The notes under the pieces are model-generated. The model saw only the letters and a program-made list of their open reading frames with translations, was not told the DNA's origin and made no database searches. This document shows, piece after piece, positions 12,942 through 26,571 of a DNA stretch of 64,000 nucleotides. Source of the stretch: the human T2T-CHM13v2.0 reference genome, Homo sapiens; NCBI RefSeq assembly GCF_009914755.1, contig NC_060926.1. One strand, written 5' to 3'. Both the position numbers and the translations under genes were made by a program. The first letter of the stretch is position 1. Each line of letters begins with the position of its first letter.

Positions 12942-13088
12942 GGCTGGGCACAGTGGCTCGGACCTGTAACCTCAGCACTTTGGGAGGCTGAGGTGGGAGG
13001 CTTGAGCCAGGAGTTTGAGGCTGCAGTGAGCTATAATCACACCATTGCACTCCAGCCTGACCCCATCTCTGAAATTAAAACAAAAAAT
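12942..13088 (+). mobile_element. Alu monomer (FLAM/FRAM-like)
   Basis: ggctgggcacagtggctc...gagccaggagtttgaggctgcagtgagc, single arm. Confidence 0.85.
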
Positions 13089-16000
13089 TTCAGTCATAAA
13101 ATAACATTCTCTACTCAGTAAACGGAAATATGTATACCTTTTATCAGAAAAATGTATCATTTTGCACATCTATTGTGTGCAACTTGGTGCTGCTGTAGCT
13201 ACTGCAAGAGGAAGAAGGTGGGGGAGAGCTTGGACCTGTGAATTCCCATCACCACAGGGCACGATCCCCAGCCCAGGCCTGGCCAGCTCGCTACCTGGCT
13301 GGCCCCTCCTGCCTTGTGAGATTTCCGCGTACCCTGAGTACCCCCGGCTCCACTTCTCCCGTCCCCTCACTGCCACATTGCAGCCGCTCTGCCTGCTGCC
13401 TCTTGCTTCCCTGGTCACACCCTGTAGCACAAGCTGCTTCTCCCCTACCCCCAGGGCTCAGGGCTCAAGGTTTCCCATGTCTTGGCTAGGTCAAGCCTCC
13501 AGCATGGCCCTGCCGAGCAAAGCAGCCTTCCCTTGGAAGCCCGTGCTCTCCACTCCGCCATCCTCAGGGCTGCCTGCTACCTTCTCTCTCACCTTCCCCA
13601 GTGCTGCTGGTACTGGTGCCAGACTCACGGTCCTGTCTCCCACCCGCCCACTCTCACCCCTTGATGACATGGGCCCCTCCTCGCTGGTTCTGTGGATCTG
13701 CTGACCTGATGCCCACACTCAGGACGTGTCTCACACCGCTCTCCCATACGAGCCCTGCTCGAATCTTTGTCCCCATCAAGCTCCTCTGAGGCCTCCCATC
13801 TGACACCACGTCTACACTGTCGGCTTGCTATTTGTACAACTGTCCTGACCCTTCCCTAGCCACTTCCTCTGGCCTCGCTCCGCCCCTGCAGTGACTCGTC
13901 CCCTCAGGCAGTGCCCACACTTGGAGCAGGCTGTGCTCCGTTTTGTGTGCGCTCGATCCTCCCGAGGTGCCTGTCCTGGGGAAAGGTGCGGGCAGCTCCT
14001 GTGGGTGGAATGTGTTTCACAGGGCCCAGAACTACAGATGCTCCCAAGACAGTGATGATGAAATGAAACAGGAAAAGCAAAGGGAAGTTAGCAAAAGCCC
14101 CTACTGAACAGTGCTTGAGGTAGGAGTGAAGGGGAGACTCTGAACAGTACACGAGCTGCAATTAGAGAACGTTTTGATTCAAATATTATTAAAATTTTCC
14201 TTTGTGGCTTCTGATTTGCTTTTCCTTTTAATAACCCTTTGTATTTTTTGCCTTTTTAAATCATGAAATTATTCAAGGAGCATTTTCTCTGCAACTCATG
14301 TGGTACAGATGGTATAGGGCACCATGCTAAGGGGTGCTACTTGGGATGGAGAGATCTTTACACAGAGGCTGCACAACTCCCCCAGCGGCTACTGCCACAT
14401 GCTGGCTGCACAGTCTTGGGTGGGACCAACGCTTTCACCCCAAGGAACTGCACTAAGCTTGGCACTGCCAACAGCGCTCGCAGAACTTCAGGTCTAAGCA
14501 AGACGAAACACCAAGGGAGGCGAAGGGATAAAAGGGGATGAGAAAGCTGGGGCAGAGCAGGAAGGTAAAAGTGATGGAGAGCATGTGGGACCGACTCTTC
14601 TGGGTTTCCTCCACCCATATTCTCTATCGAGTGGAGCTCTGCTGGAACATTTTAGTAACGCTGGCAGTGAGGGCAGAGAGGTCACAGGGCTTGGAACCAG
14701 TGTAAGGGACTGCTTGGCTAGAAAAACACAAAAGGACTGCACAGACGTGGGCTGAGGAGACAAGCTCTGCATCTCTTCCCCCAGTGCCCACCGTGGAGCT
14801 CTGCCCTGAGGCGCCATGCTCAGATGCACCAGCTGGCCTCTGTGGAAGAGCCAGGCAGGAAACTGAGGCATGCGGCACTGGGCCCTTCACAGTTCCTCCT
14901 CCAGAGGGCTGGCCTGCCATTTCCCACATTCCTGCCCCGAGGAGTGGCACCAAAATCTCCTGTCTGGGGTTGGGTCCTGTCATCCTTTCCCCTCCACACA
15001 GAAGGAGTGATGTCAACATGTGGCTCAGGTGCCACCAGGTGGGGATGCTGCCAGCCAGTTTGTGGCTGTGTCTGGCTGTCACCTGCTCTCCCGGCAGCAT
15101 GGTTCTGCATGCTTGTGTCATTACGTCACCAACACGGCTCATGTCACCTCACTGGGCCTCAGAACACCCCTGTGAAACTGGCTCCAGGGGCTGTGTTCTG
15201 TTGCTGAAAGTGGCATCTGTTTAATGGGGAACTGCCTAAATCGTGGAGTGTTAAGCCAAGAGCCAATGGCCAGCAGAAACCTCAGGGGGCGCTAGGAAGC
15301 AGAAGCATCCCACCTGGACACACGGACCACCCACGGTCTTCTTCAAGATTTGCTGAGTGAAGGATTTAGGATTGTATCCCACCCCTGGCAAAAAGTAGTA
15401 CTAAAAGGTGCCAGAAAGTCTCATGGCAAATAGGGCTACAGGATGTATCTCAGAGAGCATCTCTTTCCAGGATGTATCTACACATTCCGGCGAGAGCGTG
15501 GACGCCCTACCCGAGCCTCCAAGGCTCTCTGCCCTCATTCAGCCCAGTGAGCCTGCCCTTCGTCCAACTCCTTTCACCTTCAATGACCCGACTGTTGCTC
15601 AAACCTGACTGCATCTCTGGTCTTCCTGACTTGCCCTCTGGTACACTCCAACACAGTGGTGAGTGCGGACCAATCAGTCCTAAAGCCAGGACCTCTCTTG
15701 ATCTCAAATCCCTGCTGTCAGCTGCTCCCTTTTCTGGTCTCTGTTGCCCCCTATTTCAGGTCAAGTGTCTGTAGGGTGAGGATTTCTATTTTGGTTGACT
15801 GTGCCTACTGTCTTGATTTACTGCAGGCCAAACTGGAGAAACAAGGTCAAGGTAGTGAGAAAAATAATGAAACCTTTGTGTAGGTTGCTCATGTAAAAAG
15901 ATGTGGGTAAAGTTGAGAGGATGGAATTCTTACAAAAACAATTACACTATAAATGAGGAACTCATCAGGTAAAGGATAGCTAAGTCAATACTTGTATAAG

Positions 16001-16330
16001 GCAAACAATTCTTTAGAAGATTAACCACTCCAAACAGACCATTCCATTTTGCACATTGGGCAGTGGTGTGCTAGTATACCAGCTCCCTGAAAAAAAAAAA
16101 GCCCTGATGTGAATTGTTGAATGAGTCCCCTGATGTAAATAATCTTACCAGGACTGATTTCAACCTACGGCAGTTTAGCCACTGATTAGGCTAGTTAACA
16201 ATGGGCTCTTAGCTGGCAAAGCACTGTCAATGGGTATTTTAAAGCAACATGCCCCTGAAGAGTTCCATGCCCAGAGTGGGGTGGATTGTGGGTAAGTGGA
16301 GCCCTGTGGTTTCTAAACTACTATACTTAC

Positions 16331-16480
16331 AGCTGCCAGGTTTGTGAACTGGAACGGAATCCCACTCCGGTGGAGGAGAGTCTTTTTCACCCTCTGAGCT
16401 ACTGGTGTTGCCTAATTCTTGACTATTCGGGAGGAATTTTGCTAGGGCAGGTGGTCTGTTATCCACTAACTTACTTGTAC
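16331..16480 (-). CDS. TMEM131: TMEM131 coding exon (GTSKLVDNRPP...SEGEKDSPPPEWDSVPVHKPGS)
   Basis: tgtgcag| acceptor, |GTAAGT donor, 150 nt, phase 1->1. Confidence 0.93.
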
Positions 16481-16694
16481 CTGCACAAAAATCAGAAAAG
16501 AACATGGTTAATGGAGAATCATTCCTTTCTTTCAGGTCTATTTCAATGAACCTTCTAATGAGGACAAGAACACAGCCTTAGCCTTGCATGACTAATAACT
16601 ACTGACTGCTTACTGATAATGCACAACAATTGTTAATACGGTGCACTATGAAAAGATCCGTAAGACATGATCATAGAGAACAAGATGACAATAC

Positions 16695-16819
16695 CTTTTG
16701 TTTTCTGGGCATTTCGTGATTTGGATCCACTTGTCATTGCAGTTGGAAGAGGAATCTTGCTTGGGAGATTTCTACGTTGCTTACTTTCCAAAGGGGGAGT
16801 ATATGGTAGTTCTAATGAA
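16695..16819 (-). CDS. TMEM131: TMEM131 coding exon (SSLELPYTPPLESKQRR...AQKTK)
   Basis: tctttcag| acceptor, G|GTATTG donor, 125 nt, phase 2->1. Confidence 0.93.
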
Positions 16820-18805
16820 CTGAAAGACAATCAGGGATGGAAAATACAAATTTATTCCTCTGTTTTGGAGGACAGAAGTCATTAAGATTGTAATTCTTCT
16901 ACAATACAACTGCATGCAGGAAGCTAATGTGGCTTCCTGGGGCGTTATCTACCCTTGGTCCTAACTCAGGACTGGCTGCATGCCCAACGCTGTAGCTAAG
17001 ACTGCCCAGCAGACATTCAGCACTTGCAGACTGAACCTTTGCTATTCCAAGTGCTGACAATGAACTGAGGTCCATTATTTAATAATACGTAACGTGAGGG
17101 AGGATCTATCTCAGATAAGGCATAGAAAGAAAGCCCTTAGCTCCAACTTGCTGCTCAGGGCTGGAAGTGCGGTCATTCTGCCTGTGAGTCTCTCCCAGCA
17201 TCTAGACCACCACCAGTGGGATTCCTGAACATGAAGATTTTGAAAGATCTCACATCTATAACATTAGAGACTCCACTATTCAAAACTGAACAAATTTTTC
17301 TCATAGAAATTATGAGGTGACCCAGAGCTAAGTTCCTGGTTACTACAGGGAGTGGGCTAGGATGAATTTTCTTCCTTATTCTTGAACTCAGGGTTAATCT
17401 TAAGCAAAAAAATTAAATATATTTTTTATTGATTTATTTAGAGTGACGCTTTCTGAAAGATATTGAGGTAAGCTTAAGATAATAAGCATGTATAAATATA
17501 TCTTAAGTTTCCAAAGCTCAATAAGTGAGGTAGGAAAACCTGCTGGGAGACAGCAGCTGGAAAGAATGAATCTCTGAGAGAAATGAACTGGGTAGCTGGC
17601 CCATGGAAGACAGCATTGTGAGTAGAATACCTATATGGGCTACAAAGGCATTCTTTATGAAGCCACATCTCTAATGCCCACCAAGACCATGTCTGGGACT
17701 GGGAGGACCTCCGGAAGGAGCTCAGCTAATGTGGTCCAAGAAGGACCTTTTCCAGCAAAGGCTGAGATGCAGCTCAGAGAGCCCAGTGGCCCCTTTGGAG
17801 AAATCTTCCAAGAATCCTCAGGGATCTCTACAGAGCTCCTGGTGACAGCTGTCAGTTCAGGGCTGAGCTGATGGCTAGCTTTTCATTCCAAATCTACAAA
17901 GTCTACACAGATGGTGTAAAATGGATGCATCGCCGGCATTTTCCACATTTCAGTGTGCTTTCTGCTCCCAACCCTCAAGTGTGTGATACTACTCAGGACT
18001 CCCGGCCCCATCCTCCAAGTTCTTCACGCACCATGTTGCCTTCTGTCCTCCCAGCCCACAGGATACAGTACATTTCAGCTAGGTTCTGGGTCAGAGGCAA
18101 TCTGCTGTGCTCATTCACAGGAGATTTCAAAGGTGAGAAGAGTTCCAACTTTCCCGATCTAACGGCACCATAACACCCTCATTCCCCAACATCCTCAATG
18201 TAAAGTGTGAGCTCATAAATAAACAAATACATTTAAGAAGGCTATTTACAAACATTTTATAAGGTGGTAGGGTCAAAGGACATTTTCTTTTGTTTCGTTG
18301 TATTTCACAAGTAGGTATTATATAATAATAAGTAGGTATTATATCTGGAATTAGTAAGAGAGCAAACCAAAAAGCCAAAGGGTTTCCGTTAGCCCAAATA
18401 ACTAGAATTTTAGGTAGGATAACAAACTGAAGTGAAAAATCCACTGTTTATGGGCCAGATGATGAATGCTACATTATAAAATCTTTTGTATCTCTTCTAC
18501 TTCTGACTGACAGGGTTATTTAAAAAACCCATCTTCTAAAAAAACCCCAAAGGCTCCCATAGTAGACACCAGCCCTCTGGTGGTGGAGGTGGTGTGGGTG
18601 TGATCTATTTTTAAGTGTGCGTGGGTAGCTATTTATACAAAACTAAATTCTGTGCCACTGTAAAAGTAATTGGTTTTTAAGAAGAAAGGTGCCAGACAAC
18701 TCCTGTTATTTTTGCTGATTCATACTTTCCTAAATTAAGCCAGATGATCTCTATCAAGAATCCTTTTTTAAGGCTTCTGAATAAAATGGGTAACGGCCAA
18801 CTTAA

Positions 18806-19118
<313 letters not shown>

Positions 19119-19167
19119 TGAAGTGATTCTTTTTAAAAAGGAAAAACAGGTGGTTCAGATGCCAGGC

Positions 19168-19503
19168 TTTATTTATTTATTTACTGACAGGGTCTCAGTC
19201 TGTTGCTCAGGCTAGAGTGCAGTGGTGCAATCACGGCTCTCTGCAGTCTCTAACTCCTGGGCTCAACTCCTGAGTCTCTAACTCCTGGGCTCTATGCAGT
19301 CTCTAACTCCTGCCTCAGCCTCCCTAGTAGTTGGGACTACAGGTGTGTGCCATCACACCTGGCTAATTTAAAAGAAAAACTTTTTGTAAGATAAGGTCTT
19401 GCTATATTTTCCAGGCTGATCTTGAACTCCTGGGCTCAAGCAATCCTCCTGCCTTGACCTCCCAAAGTGCTGGGATTATAGATGTGAGCTACCACACCTG
19501 GCT
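19168..19503 (-). mobile_element. Alu (AluJ-like) with internal duplications
   Basis: (TTTA)n tail; gtctctaactcctg occurs three times inside one arm. Confidence 0.88.
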
Positions 19504-22500
19504 TATTTTTATAATATATTTTCCTCCATTTTTTAATAATAATGTTTTTCTTTTTCTTAATATTCTGAGATTTCGTATTCTTTTTATTTTTGCTTTTCAC
19601 AACGTTACACCTGACTCAAGCCTGGCCTATTTTTATTCCTGTAATACACAGTACACATTTCTGTCTGGGGAGGAGAGAGGCAGAGCTGAGGACACAGCTA
19701 GGGACATGACCAGCTGTGGAGCAGGGTTTTCTGAGTGCTGACAGGTCTGGGGCTGGCGTGTGCAGTGTGGTGTTCACAGCCCTTGGGCCTGAGTTGAGAG
19801 TGTTATTTAAGCAGATTTTTACAGATAATATGATTAATCTACTTCTTTTGCTTATTTTAGATTATTACATTTATGTAAACATATACTGTTGATAAACAAA
19901 TAGAAAAACAAAAGGATCAGTGAATACTCAGGGTCCTAAACCAGGGATGCCCTGGGCCCTTCCTGGTTCTGCAGAAACCTTCAGTGCCTGAGATCTGATT
20001 CCCATTCCTTGGCATCTCTGCCATAGACTACAGTTTTCCGGAGGTCTGCAGGCCCATTTCTATGTTGCCACAGCTGGAAAACACGGTTAGATCAGATTTC
20101 TGTTGCTGCAGCCCCACCCTCCTATTTCCTAGCAAGTGATTTTTTTGAGGTCAACTCTTGGGAGTGTGGATGGATGGGGCTGAGCCACTCCTCTGGCTTT
20201 ATCACCTCTCACAAAGCTTCCGAAAGACAGCAATGATATATGCCTTATTAATGACATATCTTATTAAAAGATGTGTACCTGTCCTTCAGACATGTGGGGT
20301 TATATATTAACACACTAAAAGGTGACAGGAATTTCAGGAATCACTAAAGCTAGTACTGGCTGTGATTCTGAGTGACAGTGTTTGACATTTATTATCAGAA
20401 TGCAGTGGAGTCACAGAATGGCTCTGTTCAGAAAGCCAACCTTCTCCGGTTATTAAAAAAACCAGTCTTTATTTGATTAAATGATTGATGAACTAATAAA
20501 TTCTGACTCAATACTTTCATCCTCGAGTTCAGAAAAACAAGAGATCAGTGAGTTTAAAGAGATCAGATAAAGGAGGATAGAAGAAAGGTTGCATATAGAT
20601 TTCTCCAGTTACAAAAGACAGTTTCAAGCACACGGCTTGATTTGTGTTCTGGTAATGATTTATCTTTTAACTACATATTGAGAGAGCACGGGTTATTGCT
20701 ATAACTGCCCCTTGACTAGGCGGTTCAGGACTGACCACTCTAAGCTTTTTGGTTTACAAGAGAACTAAAAACCCTTGCAAAGGTAATGACACTCAAGCGA
20801 CGTCTTTGACTAACTTTTCAAATGCAAATTTGCTGATGGTCAACTTGTAAAAAAAATCAGAATACAATGTAAGTCAGTGGAACAGGGATGGGGGTTAGGA
20901 TTAGTGTGTTCTATCTGCTTAACAATACTAAGCTCAGGCCTGAGGGCTAATCAACAGGGCCAATTTGGTGACAGTCACCTATGGAATGGTACCTCTAAGA
21001 TAATTCTTAGATGCACTGGTTTTAAAATTTATCATCATAGGAATTACTGCATGTCTGTCTACCTCACAAGATTTCTGCAAATGTAAAAATGAGGATTTTC
21101 ATTATTTGGACTTATTAGCCTCATTTACTTTAAAATATCTGATCACTCACCTAAGCCTGAAAAAGGCCAAGAAGAAGAATCTCTAGCTAGTAGCCCAGTG
21201 TTATTCCTGTCCTGGGTGCCAGGATATTGGTGTCTCAGGTGGATTTCTCTCAGGAGAGATCCAAGTATGTGAACCTCCTCTTCAGAAGAGGTGGTCTCCT
21301 TTTCTCTCTCCCCTTCAAATGATCAACCACCTGATACCACTCTGCTTGACGTTCCTTCTACCTGGGCCAGACTGCTCTCAACAAATTGTGGGACCTGGTC
21401 ACTTGAACTAACAATTGCCACAAAAGAGTAAATTTTAGGTACAAATACTTCATTACTAAGCACCACCATATACTGTATTATTTCATAAATTCAGGGACAA
21501 GGTTAAATTTTACTGCAGTTATCACTAATTTCTTACTAGCTTTTGGGTTCTATAGAACAGGACTGGCCCTGCCTGAAGCCATATAATCTAGGGACAGAGT
21601 CTAGGTTAGTGGTGTTTTTGCAAAACTCAAGTATGATTCCCAGGATCAGAGTAAGAATAGACCTTCCACAAATCTATGGCCCACACTTATGATGACAGAC
21701 AAGCCATGTCTTCCTTTTAAATTTACACCTAATTTATTCGACTTCCTCTGTCACTTTCTACTGATCACAACCCACAAGCGGGTAGACAGCAGCTCCCGTG
21801 CTGATGACAGTTCTATACAATGAACCAGGAAAGGTATTACTGATGCACCAACACTAAAATTATCAGGTAGATGCTGAGCCAAGGTTTAATGAAAATGTGA
21901 AGTAACTTCAGTTAATAACCCAACAGTTCAACTCACTCATCTCCCTGGGGAAACAGCCTGCACAAGCCCTCCCCGGGGGCCACTGAATCCCATTCCATGG
22001 GGAGGAACTGGAGTTATTTAATGGTAGAACCGTCTGACTGGTGACACCTGCTCTGAACCATTTTTAAGGTAAGAATAAACTTTTCCAAGTTTTATGGCAT
22101 GGAACTCTAGATCCCAACTGGGTTAACAATTCGACAGACTCAGAGATCTTTTGGAGGAAAGTTATGCTTGTACCTGTGGTTCAATCGTCAAGGTCATCTT
22201 TGTGCAGAAGTAAAATGGATCTCAGCCTGGGACTGAATCACCAACAGAAATTTTCCTCCTAAATTTTTATAACAGATCGTGAGCTCTGCCCTCTGCATAT
22301 CTGACTTGAGAAGCATATGGCTATTCCGAGTCAACAACAGTACATATCAGGTGACAGAAAAATCCCAAGAGGAATGTGACGTAGCACCTGGATTTTGCTA
22401 TCAACTCCCCTAAAAGCCAACCAGCCAGCCAAATGGCCAAATCAAAACAGCACCTGGTTTTCGCCAGCAACTTCTTTATAGACCTTATTTCTCTGTACAC

Positions 22501-22513
22501 TTATTTCTCTCAC

Positions 22514-22641
22514 CTGGGTTTCACATCTGTTGGGATTTCTTTCTTAATATTTAAGAGTTTTTTGCTTTTTTGCTTCACTTGAGACATTTCACTTTCATGT
22601 TTTTCAGGCATGGCTTGTTTTCCCTTTTGCTTTTCTGTATC
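22514..22641 (-). CDS. TMEM131: TMEM131 coding exon (DTEKQKGKQAMPEKHE...EIPTDVKP)
   Basis: tttttacag| acceptor, AG|GTGAGA donor, 128 nt, phase 0->2. Confidence 0.93.
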
Positions 22642-22830
22642 CTGTAAAAAATGGACACTTAATTGCTGAGAAGGATTAATAAAATGACTGAAATTAGTTC
22701 CATTTTAAGATACAGACACAAAATCAAAGATGTAAAAATATACACATCATATACGTAAAAACAAACTCGTTTCTTCAAATCTGTCTTCACTGCGGTTCTG
22801 TCAATTTTTTGGCCTTCTTTAATTTGTCTC

Positions 22831-23126
<296 letters not shown>

Positions 23127-23871
23127 AATTTGTCTCGACTACGTTTTGGTGAGTTGGAGTTATAAAGAACGTCATTTTAATTTATACTCATATCCTGACT
23201 GGAGATGGTGGTGGCAGTGGCAGTAGCAAATTGGTAGCTTCTTTTCAAGCACTGGGGAGTAAAACACTGTATTTCCTTAAAAGAAAAGTTCAGTAGAGAC
23301 TGCAGTATAAAGTCAAGCACTCCAGCCATGCACCCCATCCTGAGCACAACTCTCAGGACAAGAGAGCAGTGCGGCAGCCAAAGGGGCCATGCTCGCCTGC
23401 CTGCGATTGCGGCAGGGTTCCGGCTGGTTTAATGCTAAGCTAACAGCTGCTCCATCAATGGGAGGGGCTGTTTGTCCAGTTCATCCACACACATTTACGG
23501 GTCACCCGCTTGGTGCCAGGCCATAGGATTACCAAGAGGGCCCAGTTTCTCCTCCTAAGGATGGTGAAGTCTAGCAGGAGGGAGACACACGACAGACGCC
23601 AGCATGGACCTCTGCTGGGGGAATGTTACTGGCCACTGCAGCAGCACAGAAGGGCTGTCCTGCCCGCTAAAATGTGGAATCTGGAGTGGGCGGCCACATC
23701 CAAGACGCATCTTAAAGCTGTGCTACCCAGCTGGCCCAGCCAGGACCAGGAAAGTACAGAACCTGCCCCACGGATTTCTGTGGCAATCTGACTTCATTGC
23801 AGCATCTGAGTGTGAGATCAGTGGACCTGTCTCCCCAACAGGGTACACATCTACTCATGTATTATGTGTGG

Positions 23872-24035
23872 TTTTTTTTTTTTTGAGACAAGGTACTCAC
23901 TCTGTCACCCCTGGGCTCAAGTGATCCTCTCACCTCAGCCTCCTGAGTAGCTAGGACTACAGGCACATGCCACCACACCCAGCTAATTCTTGTATTTTTT
24001 TGTAGAAATGGGGTTTCACCATGTTGCCCAGGCTG
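23872..24035 (-). mobile_element. Partial Alu (AluJ-like)
   Basis: Poly-T, gagacaaggtactcactctgtcacc...gggtttcaccatgttgcccaggctg. Confidence 0.85.
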
Positions 24036-26059
24036 CACTCAGGTATTGCTGAACTCGCCTGGGGAGCTGCATGTGGAGTGGGCTGTGTACTAAAAGCAAC
24101 CTGGTTCTTTGCCCCAGACAATCTGTGAAATACTGTGTTTACGGAAGCACTGGCAGGGACAGATGGGGAAGGACGTACTCAGCAAAGGGGACAGTGATGG
24201 CTGTGGAGGGGAGCTATAGGCATGTGGTGAATTAGCATCTACCCAAGAGCTTTAAAATTTATGATTATGAAGACAGCCTGGATTTTAATAGGTCACACCA
24301 GGTGAATCTATTTAACTGTCAAGAGTAAATAACCAGAGCTAGGGCTAAAACATCTCCCTGGCTCACATATCGTTTGAAACTACTTTGAGTTATTCATGAA
24401 GTCTTTCTTGAATACTTGACCCATCAGGTATCTTGTAAACCATGAGCTTTTCGAGGACAAGGATGTGGCCTTTTGTCCACTGTTGTTGCCTACGCACCTA
24501 GCACGTGGCCTGGCACGTGGGTGCTCAATTCCTATGTGTTGACTGAATGGGTAGAACAGAATTGGAGAAGACATGCAAGAGAAAATGACCTATCAAAGTT
24601 GTGATTTAGCTGGGAAGAAAATACACATTAACTGACAAACTGAGATCAGTTGCAGAGAAATAAAAGCACACGGCCTCTATGCAGATTGCTGAGCAGGAGG
24701 AATAACTCGTTGGAGGGGACAGGGTAGTAACCAGACAAGGAGGCCTCATGAAGGATGTGAGTTCTGAGCTGCACAAATAGCACGGAAGAAGCTGGGAACA
24801 CAGGAGGGAATGAACAGGGAGCTAAGAATGACATCAGTGGGTGAGCACAGAACACTGGCCACTGGGGGCCGCTGGAGAGGGGGCCACAGTGGTGTGAGCA
24901 GGAAGAGGCTGGCAGGTGGGAAGGGAAGTGGGAGAAAGTCGTGCAGAAAATGCCTTCCGAACGCTGATGCACAGGGTTTAAACTGCTGGGATTTTACTCA
25001 AAGTTTAGCACAGGGCTTTCTGTTTCTCTGAAGTAATTTGTTAAAGTGCTATAAACTACAGAGCTCCAGAACTATTTAGGAGTTGGGCTAGGGGTAGATG
25101 GAGGACCACGGTAACGGTGAGGGAATGCAAAGGGAAAGGTGGCTAACTTGAAAGTAAGTTACATATACATTTCATTTTAAACATTTTAATGCATGTGAAT
25201 GACACTGCTGGAAATCTGTAAGAAGTGATTCCTTGGTCAATAGACTAAAACTAAAAAAGAAAGTCTGTTCTACAACATTAAAGGCTATATTAGGATCAGT
25301 TTAGATTTGAAATCCATTTATCTAAAAATAAAAGCGCCAGAGTGGAATTATTACCCTTTCTTGCACACCCCATACTACTCACAGCAGTAATCTGACCCCG
25401 TCACTAAGGCCCACTGGACCCGACACTTTGCACTGCTCTTCCTGCTGTGATAACAGCCCTGGGAGCCGAGGCCTCCAACGGGCGAGGCAGCTTCTTGGCG
25501 TGCTGATGTGTCCTGGGCTGGGCTCCTCGTCCCTGGGGGCCACTAAAGCCTGGGGTCTTTCCTGGGGCCACACTCCCTCCAGGGCGGTCACCACTCTACT
25601 GCTTGGGAGTAAGCGGCCACCAAAACCCCGCTTCCAGCAGGTGCTAGGAGCAACATGACAGGAAAAACACAACCTAATTAAAATGGTAGAGTTCCTTCTC
25701 ATTCTTTTGATCCTTAAAATCTGAAAGAAGTTTCATGAGGTAGAATAGTTACTATTCCAGATAGTCCCTAGCTTTCAAGCAGTGTTTCCAGTTTCTAACC
25801 ATCTTACTTTAGTAACATGCTTCCAGCTGTTCTTCCCTGGAGGACATGGAGCCATTCATCCCCACAGCTGTGACTGTTGTCTGCAGGGGAATGACTCTGG
25901 AGGCACGCCCAGCACAGGAACCATTCCTCAGTAGGTGCTCATCCTAGATTTAAACATTACTTTTGTACTAAAACCAGAATCTATGAGATGGAAGGTCTTG
26001 TGAGCTGCAGGAGACCTCTCTTTCTCCCTCGTGTTTTGTTGTGTGAGATCAGCCCGTAC

Positions 26060-26235
26060 CTCCTTGAGGAGCGGTTCTGTGTCAGGGTTGGAGGTCTCTG
26101 TGGTGGTGGAGGAGCTATCATCATCAGCCAAAGAGTCCTTCAGCTCATCTTCCTGTGGCTTTCCCTTTCCCTTCTTCTCCTTTTCCTCTTGCTTCTTAGG
26201 TGGTTTCACCTTGCGCTGAAGAGGTTTTCCTTTCC
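26060..26235 (-). CDS. TMEM131: TMEM131 coding exon ([24 protein letters not shown]...TEPLLKE)
   Basis: tttatcctcag| acceptor, GAG|GTACGG donor, 176 nt, phase 1->0. Confidence 0.94.
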
Positions 26236-26252
26236 CTGAGGATAAAAATTAA

Positions 26253-26571
<319 letters not shown>

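Noticed and set aside
13162-15224. Cluster of overlapping 85-180-aa ORFs on both strands
   Set aside because: Expected from stop-poor GC-rich intron; flanking TMEM131 exons already join in phase
21151-21407. Longer 257-nt cryptic exon using the 21151 donor
   Set aside because: Weak acceptor, in-frame TGA and length not divisible by 3; the proximal acceptor at 21157 is far better
25379-25702. 107-aa minus ORF with a GTGAGT donor as an extra exon
   Set aside because: In the required phase 0 both candidate acceptors hit TAG within 16 codons
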